Assembly (NCBI GenBank): GCA_017430985.1
Contig: JAFRLZ010000069.1
Location: 302-64,301, forward strand
Direction: 5' to 3'
Origin: Oscillospiraceae bacterium
GTDB taxonomy: Bacteria; Bacillota; Clostridia; Oscillospirales; Oscillospiraceae
Length of the DNA: 64,000 nt
Shown here: in pieces, positions 35,169 to 44,354 of the stretch
Layout: each line of letters starts with the position of its first letter
How positions within the stretch are numbered: the stretch's first letter is position 1
Notes under the pieces: generated by a model
Told to the model about the DNA's origin: nothing
The model's input: only the letters and a program-made list of their open reading frames with translations
Database searches by the model: none
Program-made: the position numbers and the translations under genes

Positions 35169-35472
35169 TTGACAAGCGCCGAAGCATCGATTATAATGCA
35201 GGCAACGCTGAGAAGAACAGGAGTAACCGCGTTTTCTCTGCACAGAGAGCCCCCGTTTGCTGAAAGGGGGAGAGAGGCGCGCGGCGAATACGGTTCGGAG
35301 CGGCACACCGAAGTCCTTTGGGGATGCGTAGGCTGTGACGGGCGCGCCCGATATCGCGCAGGAGTGCCGCAGGGCACTCGCCGAGGCTCTTTCCGCGAGG
35401 AAAGAGCGCACAGAGGTGGTACCGCGTATACCATACGCCCTCTGTCCGAAAGGACAGAGGGCGTTTTATTTT
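35169..35472 (+). promoter_or_regulatory. promoter plus T-box leader, predicted Tyr specifier (UAC at 35289-35291)
   Basis: TTGACA-17-TATAAT at 35169-35197. Stem I elements AGGAGUA and CAGAGAG. GAA-UAC-G specifier context. T-box sequence GGUGGUACCGCG at 35415-35426. Terminator GCCCTCTGTCC/GGACAGAGGGC plus T-run at 35437-35472. Confidence 0.85.
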
Positions 35473-35488
35473 GAGGAGGTGTGATGAT

Positions 35489-35854
35489 ATGGCATTGTCT
35501 GAGGAAGCTGTGAAGCTCCACGCTCAGGGCTTCAACTGCGCGCAGTGCGTCCTCTTGATGTCCGGAAAGTATACGGGGCTGGAGGAGGATACGGCAAAAA
35601 AGATCGCCGCAGGCTTCGGCGGCGGCCTGCGCAGCGGCGAGATCTGCGGCGCGATCTCCGGCGCGGTGATGGCGCTGGGTCTTTTGGAAGAGGACAAGAA
35701 AAGCATCGCCGTGCTTGCGCGCAACTGTGTGGATGCGTTCCGGGAGCAATTCGGCTGCGTCCGCTGCGCGGAGCTCAAGCCCGCGGTCAGCTGCGACGAG
35801 CTGATCTCCTTCGGCGCGGCGCATGTGGAAAACTATGCGAAAAATAAGGAATAA
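35489..35854 (+). CDS. C_GCAxxG_C_C family protein
   Basis: FNCAQC..., GEICGAISGAVMALG (the CGAxxG core), and FGCVRCAELK. ATG lies 9 nt after GAGGAGG. Confidence 0.75.
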   Translation: MALSEEAVKLHAQGFNCAQCVLLMSGKYTGLEEDTAKKIAAGFGGGLRSGEICGAISGAVMALGLLEEDKKSIAVLARNCVDAFREQFGCVRCAELKPAVSCDELISFGAAHVENYAKNKE

Positions 35855-35868
35855 AGGAATGAACGGAT

Positions 35869-37092
35869 ATGGGGATTTATGAGGAACTCGTCGCGCGCGG
35901 TCTGATCGCGCAGGTGACGAACGAGGATGAGATCCGCGAGATGGTCAACGCCGGCAAGGCGACCTTCTACATCGGCTTTGACTGCACGGCCGACAGCCTC
36001 ACGGCGGGCCACTTCATGGCGCTGACGCTGATGAAGCGTCTGCAGCAGGCGGGCAACAAGCCCATCGCCCTCATCGGCGGCGGCACCACCATGATCGGAG
36101 ACCCCAGCGGCCGCACCGACATGCGCAAGATGCTCACCCGCGAGGACATTGACCACAATGCCGAATGCTTCAAGCGGCAGATGGAGAAGTTCATCGAGTT
36201 CGGCCCGGGCAAGGCGATCATGCTCAACAACGCCGACTGGCTGCTCGACCTCAACTATGTCGAGCTGCTGCGCGAGGTCGGCGCCTGCTTCTCGGTCAAC
36301 AACATGCTGCGCGCGGAGTGCTACAAGCAGCGCATGGAAAAGGGCCTGAGCTTTTTTGAGTTCAACTACATGATCATGCAGAGCTACGACTTCTACTACC
36401 TGTTCCAGCACTACGACTGCAACATGCAGTTCGGCGGGGACGACCAGTGGAGCAATATGCTCGGCGGCACGGAGCTGATCCGCAAAAAGCTCGGCAAGGA
36501 CGCCCACGCGATGACCATCACGCTTTTGACGGATTCGCACGGCAAGAAGATGGGCAAGACTGCGGGCAACGCCGTCTGGCTCGACCCGAACAAGACCAGC
36601 CCCTACGACTTCTACCAGTACTGGCGCAACGTCGAGGACGCGGACGTGATGAAGTGCATCCGCATGCTGACCTTCCTGCCGCTCGAGCAGATCGACGAGA
36701 TGGCAAAGTGGGAGGGCAGCCAGCTCAACCGCGCCAAGGAGATCCTGGCCTTTGAGCTGACGCGGATGGTCCACGGCGAGGAGGAGGCCCGGAAGGCCGA
36801 GGCCTCGGCCAAAGCCCTCTTTGCCGGCGCGGGCAGCAGCGAGAATATGCCCACGACCGAGCTGACGGAGGCCGACCTAGCGGACGGCGCGATCGACGTG
36901 CTGACGCTGCTCGTCAAGACCGGGCTCTGCCCCTCCAAGTCCGACGCCCGACGCAATGTGCAGCAGGGCGGCGTGACCGCGAACGACCAGAAGGTCACGG
37001 ACATCGGCGCGACCTTCTCGGCCGAACAGCTCAAGTCCGGACTGCTTCTCAAGCGCGGCAAGAAGAGCTTCAACAAGGTGATCTTGAAGTAA
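35869..37092 (+). CDS. tyrS: tyrosine--tRNA ligase
   Basis: YIGFDCTADSLTAGHF (HIGH-type motif), KMGKT (KMSKS-type motif), and a C-terminal S4-like domain. Confidence 0.93.
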   Translation: MGIYEELVARGLIAQVTNEDEIREMVNAGKATFYIGFDCTADSLTAGHFMALTLMKRLQQAGNKPIALIGGGTTMIGDPSGRTDMRKMLTREDIDHNAECFKRQMEKFIEFGPGKAIMLNNADWLLDLNYVELLREVGACFSVNNMLRAECYKQRMEKGLSFFEFNYMIMQSYDFYYLFQHYDCNMQFGGDDQWSNMLGGTELIRKKLGKDAHAMTITLLTDSHGKKMGKTAGNAVWLDPNKTSPYDFYQYWRNVEDADVMKCIRMLTFLPLEQIDEMAKWEGSQLNRAKEILAFELTRMVHGEEEARKAEASAKALFAGAGSSENMPTTELTEADLADGAIDVLTLLVKTGLCPSKSDARRNVQQGGVTANDQKVTDIGATFSAEQLKSGLLLKRGKKSFNKVILK

Positions 37093-37097
37093 AAAAG

Positions 37098-37131
37098 AAA
37101 ACTCCTGCTTCAACGAAGCAGGAGTTTTTTT
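37098..37131. terminator. bidirectional intrinsic terminator between tyrS and the convergent ybaK-like gene
   Basis: ACTCCTGCTTC / GAAGCAGGAGT stem flanked by an A-run and a T-run. Confidence 0.85.
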
Positions 37132-37137
37132 GCTGTT

Positions 37138-37608
37138 TTATTCCGGCAGCTTGCAGACGTCCACCCATTCGAGCGCCTTGGAATAGCGGAACAGCTCGTC
37201 GAGATCGAGCTCGATGGCGCTGCTCGGGCTTCCGACGGCGGGGAAGACGGTGGTGAAGCGCTTGAGGCTCTCGTCCAGATACACCGGCACGCCCTCGTTG
37301 CAGCCGAAGGGACACACGCCGCCGACCGGATGACCGACCAGCACGGGCACCTCCTCCGCGGAGAGCATGCGGGCCTTGAAGTGGAATGTATCGCGGAACT
37401 TGTGGTTGTCGATGCGCGCGTCGCCCGCGGCGAGGATCAGCATACAGCCCGTCTCGGTCTTGAACGAGAGGGTCTTCGCGATGCGCGCGCCCTCCACGCC
37501 AAGCGCCTGCGCGGCCAGCTCAACCGTGGCGGAGGAGACGTCGAACTCCTGCACGCGGTCTTCCATACCCAGCGCGCGGAAATACGCGCGCCCTTTTTCT
37601 ATCGACAT
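37138..37608 (-). CDS. YbaK/EbsC-type aminoacyl-tRNA editing (deacylase) domain protein
   Basis: IAKTLSFK...ILAAGDARIDNHKF...HPVGGVCPFG. Confidence 0.75.
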   Translation of the reverse strand: MSIEKGRAYFRALGMEDRVQEFDVSSATVELAAQALGVEGARIAKTLSFKTETGCMLILAAGDARIDNHKFRDTFHFKARMLSAEEVPVLVGHPVGGVCPFGCNEGVPVYLDESLKRFTTVFPAVGSPSSAIELDLDELFRYSKALEWVDVCKLPE

Positions 37609-37609
37609 C

Positions 37610-38776
37610 TCAGCCCTTCATCTCCAGGAGCTTCTGCTTGAGCTCGCCCTCGATGCGGCCGAGCTCTTCCTCGGCGGCGGCGCGGCGGGCACGACCGTCG
37701 TTCTGGATCTGGGTGACCTCCTCGAGGGTCTTGATGAGCTCGTCGTTGGTCTTCTTCAGAGTCTCGAGATCGACGATGCCGCGCTCGGACTCCTTGGCGA
37801 TGGCGACGCTGCCCTGATGCAGGGTCTCGGCGTTCTTCTTCAGCAGTTCATTCGTCACGTCGGTCACCTCACGCTGCGCTTTCATGGCCTGCTCGGAGTG
37901 GTACAGAGACAGGGCCATGACCATCTGATTTTTCCACAGAGGGATGGTGTTGACGATCGAGGTGCGGATCTTCTCGGCCATGAGGCTGTCGTTGTTCTGC
38001 ACCATGCGGATCTGCGGCGCCATCTGGACGGAGATCGTGCGGGTCAGCTCCAGGTCGTAGATCTTCTTTTCAAAGCGGCCGATGAGGTTGGCAAAATCGT
38101 TGGCGGCCTGCGCATCCTCCGGCAGCCCCGTCTCCTCGGCCTTGGCGATCTTCTCAGGCAGCTCGACATTGCGCAGATGCTCGATCTTGAGCTTGCCGGC
38201 CAGGATGTACATGGTCAGCTCCTTCATGTACTCCTGGTTCTTGTCGTACATCTTGTCCATCATGGTGATGTCCTTGAGAAGCGTGACCTCGTGCTTTTCA
38301 AGCTGCTCCACGATCTTGTCGACGTTGACCTCGGCCTTGTCGTACTGCGCCTTGAGAGAGGCGATGTTCTGCGTGGCCTTCTTGAAGATCCCGCGCAGGC
38401 CCTTCTTCTCCTCGGCGTCAAAGTTGAGGCCCTTGAGCTCGATGACCAGATCGCCCAGCATCTGACCCGTCTCGCCGAGGTCCTTGGTGCGCACGCTGGA
38501 GAGCGCGGCGTCCGAGAACTCGGAGATGTTCTTCTGCGCGGCGGCGCCGTAGGTCATGACCTGCTCGGTGTTGGTGATATCGATCTTTTCGGAGAACTCC
38601 GTCACGGCGGCCTGCTCGGCCGGGCTGAGCATGCTCAGATCGAGCTTCTCAATGGGAGCGTCTTCCTTTTTCGCTTCCTCGACCTTGGCCTCTTCCTCGG
38701 CTGCGGCGGCAGCGGCGGCGGTGCCGTTGGGATCCAGCGTCAGGCTGGGGATAAAGCTTTCGTTTTCAGCGCTCAT
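37610..38776 (-). CDS. TelA/YaaN family toxic anion resistance protein
   Basis: Long helical protein with ...MTYGAAAQKNISEFSD..L..VRTKDLGETG..L..L.... Paired with an XpaC-like gene, as in Bacillus yaaN-xpaC. Confidence 0.7.
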   Translation of the reverse strand: MSAENESFIPSLTLDPNGTAAAAAAAEEEAKVEEAKKEDAPIEKLDLSMLSPAEQAAVTEFSEKIDITNTEQVMTYGAAAQKNISEFSDAALSSVRTKDLGETGQMLGDLVIELKGLNFDAEEKKGLRGIFKKATQNIASLKAQYDKAEVNVDKIVEQLEKHEVTLLKDITMMDKMYDKNQEYMKELTMYILAGKLKIEHLRNVELPEKIAKAEETGLPEDAQAANDFANLIGRFEKKIYDLELTRTISVQMAPQIRMVQNNDSLMAEKIRTSIVNTIPLWKNQMVMALSLYHSEQAMKAQREVTDVTNELLKKNAETLHQGSVAIAKESERGIVDLETLKKTNDELIKTLEEVTQIQNDGRARRAAAEEELGRIEGELKQKLLEMKG

Positions 38777-38791
38777 GATTCCTGTCCTTTC

Positions 38792-39613
38792 TTATTTCAT
38801 TTCCTGAACCATGGTTTGACCCATGGGCTTATCAGTTTTTTCCTTGACCTGCGGCTTGATGACGAAATCCTTCTGCCCGGTCAGTCCCTCGCGGGCGAGC
38901 ATCTTGTTCATCACGTCGATCTCCGTCTCGATATCCAGCGCCTGGTTGTCAAAGAGAGAGTCCAGATGGCGCTTGAAGGCCTCGATCGCGGTGTCGAGCA
39001 TCTCGTTGATGCTCTTCATGCTCTTGTCGAGGTTCTCGCCCTCGATGCCCTGCGCGCTCATGCGGTCGTAGGTGTTGAGCAGCTTGATCGTCGTGGGCAG
39101 GTAGTAGTTGAGGAACTTTTTGATCTGGGGGATATCGCTCGGATCGGCGATCGCGTCCTGCACGATCTTGTCCGTGATGCGCATGAGCTCGTTGACCTTC
39201 TGCTTGACCTCGGGGTCCTTGATGGACAGATACAGCCTGCCCATTTCGCTCAGCGCGCGGTTGCCTTCCTCGATGATCGGGTCGATCTCCGGGCCGTAGC
39301 TCTTCTTCGGGGCGGCGGTCTTCGGTTTCTCGGCGACGGTCTCGGTCTTTGTCACGGAAGAGGCCTTCTGCGTCTTCTGCGCGCCGGTGGTCCGGGGCGC
39401 GGTCTTCTTCGCGCTCTCGGAGGAGGTCTCCTTGGCGGCTGCGTTTTTGCCTGTGGCGTGGCCGATCAGGAAGGCGACGCCGCCGACGAGCGCGGCCAGC
39501 AAAAGCGATACCCAGATCTCAAAATTTTCAAAGACCGCCGACAGGATCGCAAAGGTGATGATGAAGCTGAACAGCGATGACAGAGGGCTTTTTCTTCTTC
39601 TGCGGCTTGCCAT
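38792..39613 (-). CDS. XpaC-like (5-bromo-4-chloroindolyl phosphate hydrolysis family) membrane protein
   Basis: N-terminal two TM helices plus a helical C-terminal domain. ATG at 39613 after GGAGGGAAACAC. Assigned partly from adjacency to the telA-like gene. Confidence 0.5.
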   Translation of the reverse strand: MASRRRRKSPLSSLFSFIITFAILSAVFENFEIWVSLLLAALVGGVAFLIGHATGKNAAAKETSSESAKKTAPRTTGAQKTQKASSVTKTETVAEKPKTAAPKKSYGPEIDPIIEEGNRALSEMGRLYLSIKDPEVKQKVNELMRITDKIVQDAIADPSDIPQIKKFLNYYLPTTIKLLNTYDRMSAQGIEGENLDKSMKSINEMLDTAIEAFKRHLDSLFDNQALDIETEIDVMNKMLAREGLTGQKDFVIKPQVKEKTDKPMGQTMVQEMK

Positions 39614-39633
39614 GTGTTTCCCTCCATAAAAAT

Positions 39634-39662
39634 CTTTCAAATTATTGTATATCGAATTGCCT
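39634..39662 (-). promoter_or_regulatory. sigma-A-type promoter of the xpaC-telA-ybaK-like operon
   Basis: The minus strand reads TTGACG, 17-nt spacer, TACAAT. Sits back-to-back with the valS promoter. Confidence 0.5.
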
Positions 39663-39679
39663 GCCGCGTCAAGTTGAGA

Positions 39680-40012
39680 TTGACAAAAAGCTGAAACTAT
39701 GGTATAACTCAGCCATATTTGTGCGAGGAAGAGCAGGAGTACGCGTGCGGCGGATCGCAGAGAGAGGGCGGACGGTGCAAGCCCTTGTGAAGCGGCGCGG
39801 AAGGTCGGCTCGGAGCATCCGGCGTGAGGAGACGTAGCGCCGGCGTGAGGCTCGCGTTAAGGGCTCAAGAGCGCTGCTTTGTCATTCTGAGCGCAGCGAA
39901 GAATCCAAAGGATCCTTCGTCGTTGTGCTCCTCAGGATGACAGGCGGCGGACTTCAGGTGGTCCCGCGGTATTTTTATCGCCCTGAGGTTTTTCCTCAGG
40001 GCGTGTTTTTTT
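39680..40012 (+). promoter_or_regulatory. promoter plus T-box leader, predicted Val specifier (GUC at 39804-39806)
   Basis: TTGACA-17-TG-extended TATAAC. AGGAGUA, CAGAGAGAG and GGUGCAA stem I elements. Variant T-box sequence GGUGGUCCCGCG at 39957-39968. Terminator GCCCTGAGG/CCTCAGGGC plus T-run at 39980-40012. Confidence 0.8.
39881..39941. repeat. imperfect inverted repeat (long hairpin) embedded in the valS T-box leader
   Basis: GTCATTCTGAGCGCAGCGAAGAATCC - AAA - GGATCCTTCGTCGTTGTGCTCCTCAGGATGAC. The arms are largely reverse-complementary. Confidence 0.7.
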
Positions 40013-40118
40013 GGAGGGGGCGATCACGTGGAGAACAGAGCGCTGTCAATCGGCGGACTTCTCCGATCCGTTGCGTCTTCAAGCGGAATACGGGAAAACG
40101 AAAGGAATGGAGAATGAT

Positions 40119-42740
40119 ATGAAAGAACTGCCGAAAACCTACGACCCGAAGCTGGTCGAAAAGAAAATATACGAACTGTGGGAGAAAGGCGGCTGGTTCA
40201 AGGGCGTCATCGACCCGGAGAAGAAGCCCTTTTCCATCGTCATGCCGCCCCCCAACGTGACGGGGCAGCTGCACATGGGCCACGCGCTCGACGCGACGCT
40301 GCAGGATATCCTCACGCGCTATAAGCGTATGCAGGGCTACGCGGCGCTGTGGCTTCCCGGCGTTGACCACGCCGGCATCGCCACGCAGATCCGCGTGGAG
40401 CAGGAGCTGCGCGAGAAGGAGGGCCTCAGCCGCTACGATCTCGGCCGCGAGAAGTTCCTCGAGCGCGTCTGGGACTGGAAGGCCCAGTACGGCGACCGCA
40501 TCGTCGAGCAGCAGAAGAGCATGGGCGTCTCCTGCGACTGGGACCGCAGCCGCTTCACGATGGACGATACCTGCGTCAAGGCCGTGCGCGAGACCTTCTG
40601 CGACCTTTATGAGAAGGGCCTCATCTACAAGGGCAGCCGCATCATCAACTGGTGCCCGCACTGCCGCACCGCGCTCTCCGACGCGGAGGTCGAATATAAG
40701 GATATGCCGGGTCACTTCTGGCACATCCGTTATCCGATCGAGGACTCCGACGAGGAGTTCATCATCGCCACCACCCGTCCCGAGACCATGCTGGGCGACA
40801 CGGGCGTGGCCGTCCACCCGGACGACGAGCGCTACAAGCACCTCGTCGGGAAGAACGCCATCCTGCCGCTCGTGGGCCGGAAGCTCCCCATCGTGGCTGA
40901 CGACTACGTCGAGCTCGGCTTCGGCACCGGCGCCGTGAAGATGACGCCCTGCCACGACCCCAACGACTATGAGGTCGGTCTGAGGCACGATCTGGAGCAG
41001 GTGCAGTGCATCGACGAGGACGCGCGCATCATCAACGGCGGCAAGTACGACGGCATGGACCGCTACGAGGCGCGCAAGGCCATCGTGGCCGATCTGGAGG
41101 AGCAGGGCTATCTCGTGAAGGTCGAGCCCTACAGCCACAACGTCGGCTGCTGCTACCGCTGCGGCACCGTGGTGGAGCCGCTCACGAGCCCCCAGTGGTT
41201 CGTGAAGATGGCACCTCTGGCGAAGAAGGCCATCGAGGTCGTGAAGGACGGGCGCATCAAGTTCGTGCCGGAGCGCTTTTCCAAGACCTACCTGAACTGG
41301 ATGGAGAACGTGCATGACTGGTGCATCTCCCGTCAGCTCTGGTGGGGCCATCAGATCCCCGCCTGGTACTGCGAGGACTGCGGCCACATCACCGTCTCGC
41401 GCACGGACGCCTGCGAGTGCGAGGCCTGCCGCAGCAAAAACATCCGCCGCGAAGAGGACGTGCTGGACACCTGGTTCTCCTCCGCTCTCTGGCCCTTCTC
41501 CACGATGGGCTGGCCGGACAAGACCGCCGAGCTCGGTTACTGGTATCCCACGACCGTCATGGTCACGGGCTATGACATCATCTTCTTCTGGGTCGCCCGC
41601 ATGATCTTCTCCGGTATGGAGCAGATGGACAAGGAGCCCTTCCACACGGTGTTCATCCACGGCCTGGTGCGCGACAGCCTCGGCCGCAAGATGTCCAAGT
41701 CCCTCGGCAACGGCATCGACCCGCTGGACATGGTCGAGAAGTACGGCGCGGACGCGCTGCGCTACAACCTCATCACCGGCAACAGCCCCGGCAACGACAT
41801 GCGCTTCTACGTCGAAAAGTGCGAGGCCATGCGCAACTTCTGCAATAAGCTCTGGAACGCCAGCCGCTTCGTGATGATGAACCTCACCATCGACAAAAAC
41901 GAGCTGCCCGAGACGCTGGAGATCGAGGACAAGTGGATCCTCTCCAAGCTCAACGACACGGTCAGGGAAGTCTGCGAGAACATGGACAGCTTCGAGCTGG
42001 GCGTGGCCGCGGGCAAGATCTACGACTTCATCTGGGACAGCTTCTGCGACTGGTATATCGAGCTGACCAAGCCCCGCCTCAACGGTGAGGACGAGGCGTC
42101 GAAGCTCGGCGCGCAGAAGGTGCTGCTGTATGTACTGACCGAGATCTTGAAGCTCGCGCATCCCTTCATGCCCTTCATCACCGAGGAGATCTGGCAGGCG
42201 CTGCCGCACGAGGGCGAGGCGCTGATGATCGAGCGCTACCCGGCCTGGTCCGAGGCGCTGAGCTTCCCGGCCGACGAGCAGAGCTTCGAAATGGTGATGA
42301 ACGCCATCAAGGCCGTGCGTGCCCGCCGCAGCGAAATGAACGTGCCGCCCTCCCGCAAGGCGCACCTCATCATCGCCACGGAAAAGAAGGCGGCCTTCGA
42401 GGCCGGCGTCAGCTACATCTGCAAGCTGGCCTACGCGAGCGAGGTGAGCGTTGTCGACGCCGCGCCGGAAGGAAGCGAGAGCATGGTCTCCGTCGTGACG
42501 GACAACGCCCGCATGTTCATGCCGATGGCCGACCTCGTCGACCTCGACAAGGAGCGCGAGCGCATACGCAAGGAGCTGGCCAACGCCGAAAAGCAGCTCG
42601 CCGCGCAAAACGGCAAGCTCGCCAATCAGAACTTCGTCACCCGCGCGCCGGAGGCGGTCGTCAATGCCGAGCGGGAGAAGAAGGCCAGGCTGGAGGCGCT
42701 GATCGAAAATCTGAACGCGAGCCTTGCGGCTCTCGGCTGA
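40119..42740 (+). CDS. valS: valine--tRNA ligase
   Basis: [32 protein letters not shown] (HIGH), KMSKSLGN, and a C-terminal coiled coil. Confidence 0.95.
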   Translation: MKELPKTYDPKLVEKKIYELWEKGGWFKGVIDPEKKPFSIVMPPPNVTGQLHMGHALDATLQDILTRYKRMQGYAALWLPGVDHAGIATQIRVEQELREKEGLSRYDLGREKFLERVWDWKAQYGDRIVEQQKSMGVSCDWDRSRFTMDDTCVKAVRETFCDLYEKGLIYKGSRIINWCPHCRTALSDAEVEYKDMPGHFWHIRYPIEDSDEEFIIATTRPETMLGDTGVAVHPDDERYKHLVGKNAILPLVGRKLPIVADDYVELGFGTGAVKMTPCHDPNDYEVGLRHDLEQVQCIDEDARIINGGKYDGMDRYEARKAIVADLEEQGYLVKVEPYSHNVGCCYRCGTVVEPLTSPQWFVKMAPLAKKAIEVVKDGRIKFVPERFSKTYLNWMENVHDWCISRQLWWGHQIPAWYCEDCGHITVSRTDACECEACRSKNIRREEDVLDTWFSSALWPFSTMGWPDKTAELGYWYPTTVMVTGYDIIFFWVARMIFSGMEQMDKEPFHTVFIHGLVRDSLGRKMSKSLGNGIDPLDMVEKYGADALRYNLITGNSPGNDMRFYVEKCEAMRNFCNKLWNASRFVMMNLTIDKNELPETLEIEDKWILSKLNDTVREVCENMDSFELGVAAGKIYDFIWDSFCDWYIELTKPRLNGEDEASKLGAQKVLLYVLTEILKLAHPFMPFITEEIWQALPHEGEALMIERYPAWSEALSFPADEQSFEMVMNAIKAVRARRSEMNVPPSRKAHLIIATEKKAAFEAGVSYICKLAYASEVSVVDAAPEGSESMVSVVTDNARMFMPMADLVDLDKERERIRKELANAEKQLAAQNGKLANQNFVTRAPEAVVNAEREKKARLEALIENLNASLAALG

Positions 42741-42772
42741 TCCGACAAAAACCGCGCGAACAAAGAGATAAA

Positions 42773-42809
42773 ATGACCCTGCACAGCGATTGTGCAGGGT
42801 CATTTTTTC
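42773..42809 (+). terminator. intrinsic terminator after valS
   Basis: ATGACCCTGCACA / TGTGCAGGGTCAT stem with a 5-nt loop, followed by TTTTTT. Confidence 0.85.
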
Positions 42810-42827
42810 AGGAAAGGGAGAGAGAAC

Positions 42828-43157
42828 ATGACAATCAGCAGCAGCTGTTCCGCCGGGCGGCTCACAGTCTACCTGAGCGGAGAGCTGGATCATCACGAGG
42901 CGCGTTACACCGTGGAAGCCATCGAGGAACTGATCGAGGAATATCTGCCGCGCGACTGTGTGCTCGACCTGTCCGGGCTGAGCTTTATGGACTCGTCCGG
43001 CATTGCGGTCATCGTGCGCGCGATGGAACGGATGCGGGCGCTGCGGGGACGCATCTCGGTGGAGAACCCGCCCAGACAGGCGCTGCGCGTCATCGACGCG
43101 GCAGGGATCGACCGGCTCGTGCCGGTCAGCAGCGGACAAGCAGGAGGCTTGCTATGA
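42828..43157 (+). CDS. spoIIAA: anti-sigma F factor antagonist (STAS domain)
   Basis: LTVYLSGELDHH...LDLSGLSFMDSSGIAVIV. First gene of a spoIIAA-AB-sigF triplet. Confidence 0.9.
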   Translation: MTISSSCSAGRLTVYLSGELDHHEARYTVEAIEELIEEYLPRDCVLDLSGLSFMDSSGIAVIVRAMERMRALRGRISVENPPRQALRVIDAAGIDRLVPVSSGQAGGLL

Positions 43158-43594
43158 AGGAACAAAACTACATAAAGCTGGAATTTCCCAGCAGGAGCTG
43201 CAACGAGGCCTTCGCGCGCGCGGCGGCGGCCGCCTTTGCCGCGCAGCTCGACCCGAGCATGGAAGAGCTCGGGGATATCCGTACGGCCGTCAGCGAGGCC
43301 GTCACGAACGCCATCGTCCACGCGTACCCGGACACGATCGGCCGGATCTCCATGCGGCTGCGCATCCTGGAGGGACAGACCCTCGAGATCAGCGTGCGCG
43401 ACTGGGGCTGCGGCATCGAAAACGTCGAGCAGGCGAGAAAGCCTCTCTACACGACCGGCGGCCATGAGCGCAGCGGCATGGGCTTTACGATCATGGAGAG
43501 CTTCATGGACAAGCTGCGCGTGCGCTCCGCGCCCGGACGGGGCACGACGGTCGTCATGCGCCGTGCGATCTGTCCGCGGATCGGCCTGAAATGA
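43154..43594 (+). CDS. spoIIAB: anti-sigma F factor (serine kinase)
   Basis: ATGA overlap with spoIIAA. AVSEAVTNAIVHAY...DWGCGI...ERSGMGFTIMESFMD. Confidence 0.92.
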   Translation: MKEQNYIKLEFPSRSCNEAFARAAAAAFAAQLDPSMEELGDIRTAVSEAVTNAIVHAYPDTIGRISMRLRILEGQTLEISVRDWGCGIENVEQARKPLYTTGGHERSGMGFTIMESFMDKLRVRSAPGRGTTVVMRRAICPRIGLK

Positions 43595-44307
43595 ACGACG
43601 ACATGCTGTCCGCCATCCGGGCGGCGCAGGAGGGAGATCGGGAGGCCGCGGGGCGGCTCGTGGAGGAAAACGCCGGGTTGATCTGGAGCATCGCACGGCG
43701 CTTTTTCGGACGCGGCGCGGACCCGGACGACCTCTATCAGCTGGGCTGCGTCGGCTTTCTCAAGGCGATCGACGGCTTCGACGAGAGCTTCGGCACCCGC
43801 TTTTCCACCTACGCCGTTCCGAAGATCGCAGGCGAGATCCGGCGTTTTCTGCGGGACGACGGCATGGTCAAGGTCAGCCGCGGGATCAAGGAGCGCGCCA
43901 TGCTCCTTCGCGCGTCCCGGCTGGAGCTGGAGCAGCGACTCGGCCGGGAACCGAGCATCTCGGAGCTGTCCCGCGAGACGGGAATCAGCCCGGAGGACAT
44001 CGCCTTCACGGAGACGGCGGCCGGCCCGACCGAGAGCCTCCAGCGAGAGACGGGGGAGGACGGCTTCAGCCTCGAACAGGTCCTGGGCGACAGCTCGTCC
44101 GAGGAGAAAATGGTGGAGCGCGTGGCGCTGCGCGCGGCGATCGATCAGCTGCCGGAGCGGGAGAAGCAGATCGTGGCCCTGCGCTATTATCACGGCATGA
44201 CGCAGCAGAGCTGCGCCCGTGTGCTGCATGTGTCGCAGGTGCAGATCTCGCGTCTGGAACGCCGCGCCGTCGAGCGCCTGCGCGAGCTGATGGACGAGGG
44301 CGGATGA
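43591..44307 (+). CDS. sigF: RNA polymerase sporulation sigma factor F
   Basis: LIWSIARRF...DDLYQLGCVGFLKAIDGFD...FSTYAVPKIAGEIRRFLRDDG, with a region 4 HTH (MTQQSCARVLHVSQVQISRLE). Confidence 0.9.
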   Translation: MNDDMLSAIRAAQEGDREAAGRLVEENAGLIWSIARRFFGRGADPDDLYQLGCVGFLKAIDGFDESFGTRFSTYAVPKIAGEIRRFLRDDGMVKVSRGIKERAMLLRASRLELEQRLGREPSISELSRETGISPEDIAFTETAAGPTESLQRETGEDGFSLEQVLGDSSSEEKMVERVALRAAIDQLPEREKQIVALRYYHGMTQQSCARVLHVSQVQISRLERRAVERLRELMDEGG

Positions 44308-44318
44308 GAAGATAGCCC

Positions 44319-44347
44319 TTGTTTACTCCGGCGAATTGTGGTACAAT
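44319..44347 (+). promoter_or_regulatory. candidate sigma-A-type promoter of pcrA
   Basis: TTGTTT, 17-nt spacer, TG-extended TACAAT. The -10 ends 7 nt before the pcrA ATG. Confidence 0.4.
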
Positions 44348-44354
44348 CCACCAC

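Noticed and set aside
42741-42772. A sigma-H promoter for spoIIA (AGAGATAAA ... GCGATT).
   Set aside because: The -10-like element does not match RNNGAAT and the spacing is off. Only the near-match to a Spo0A box is noted in the findings.
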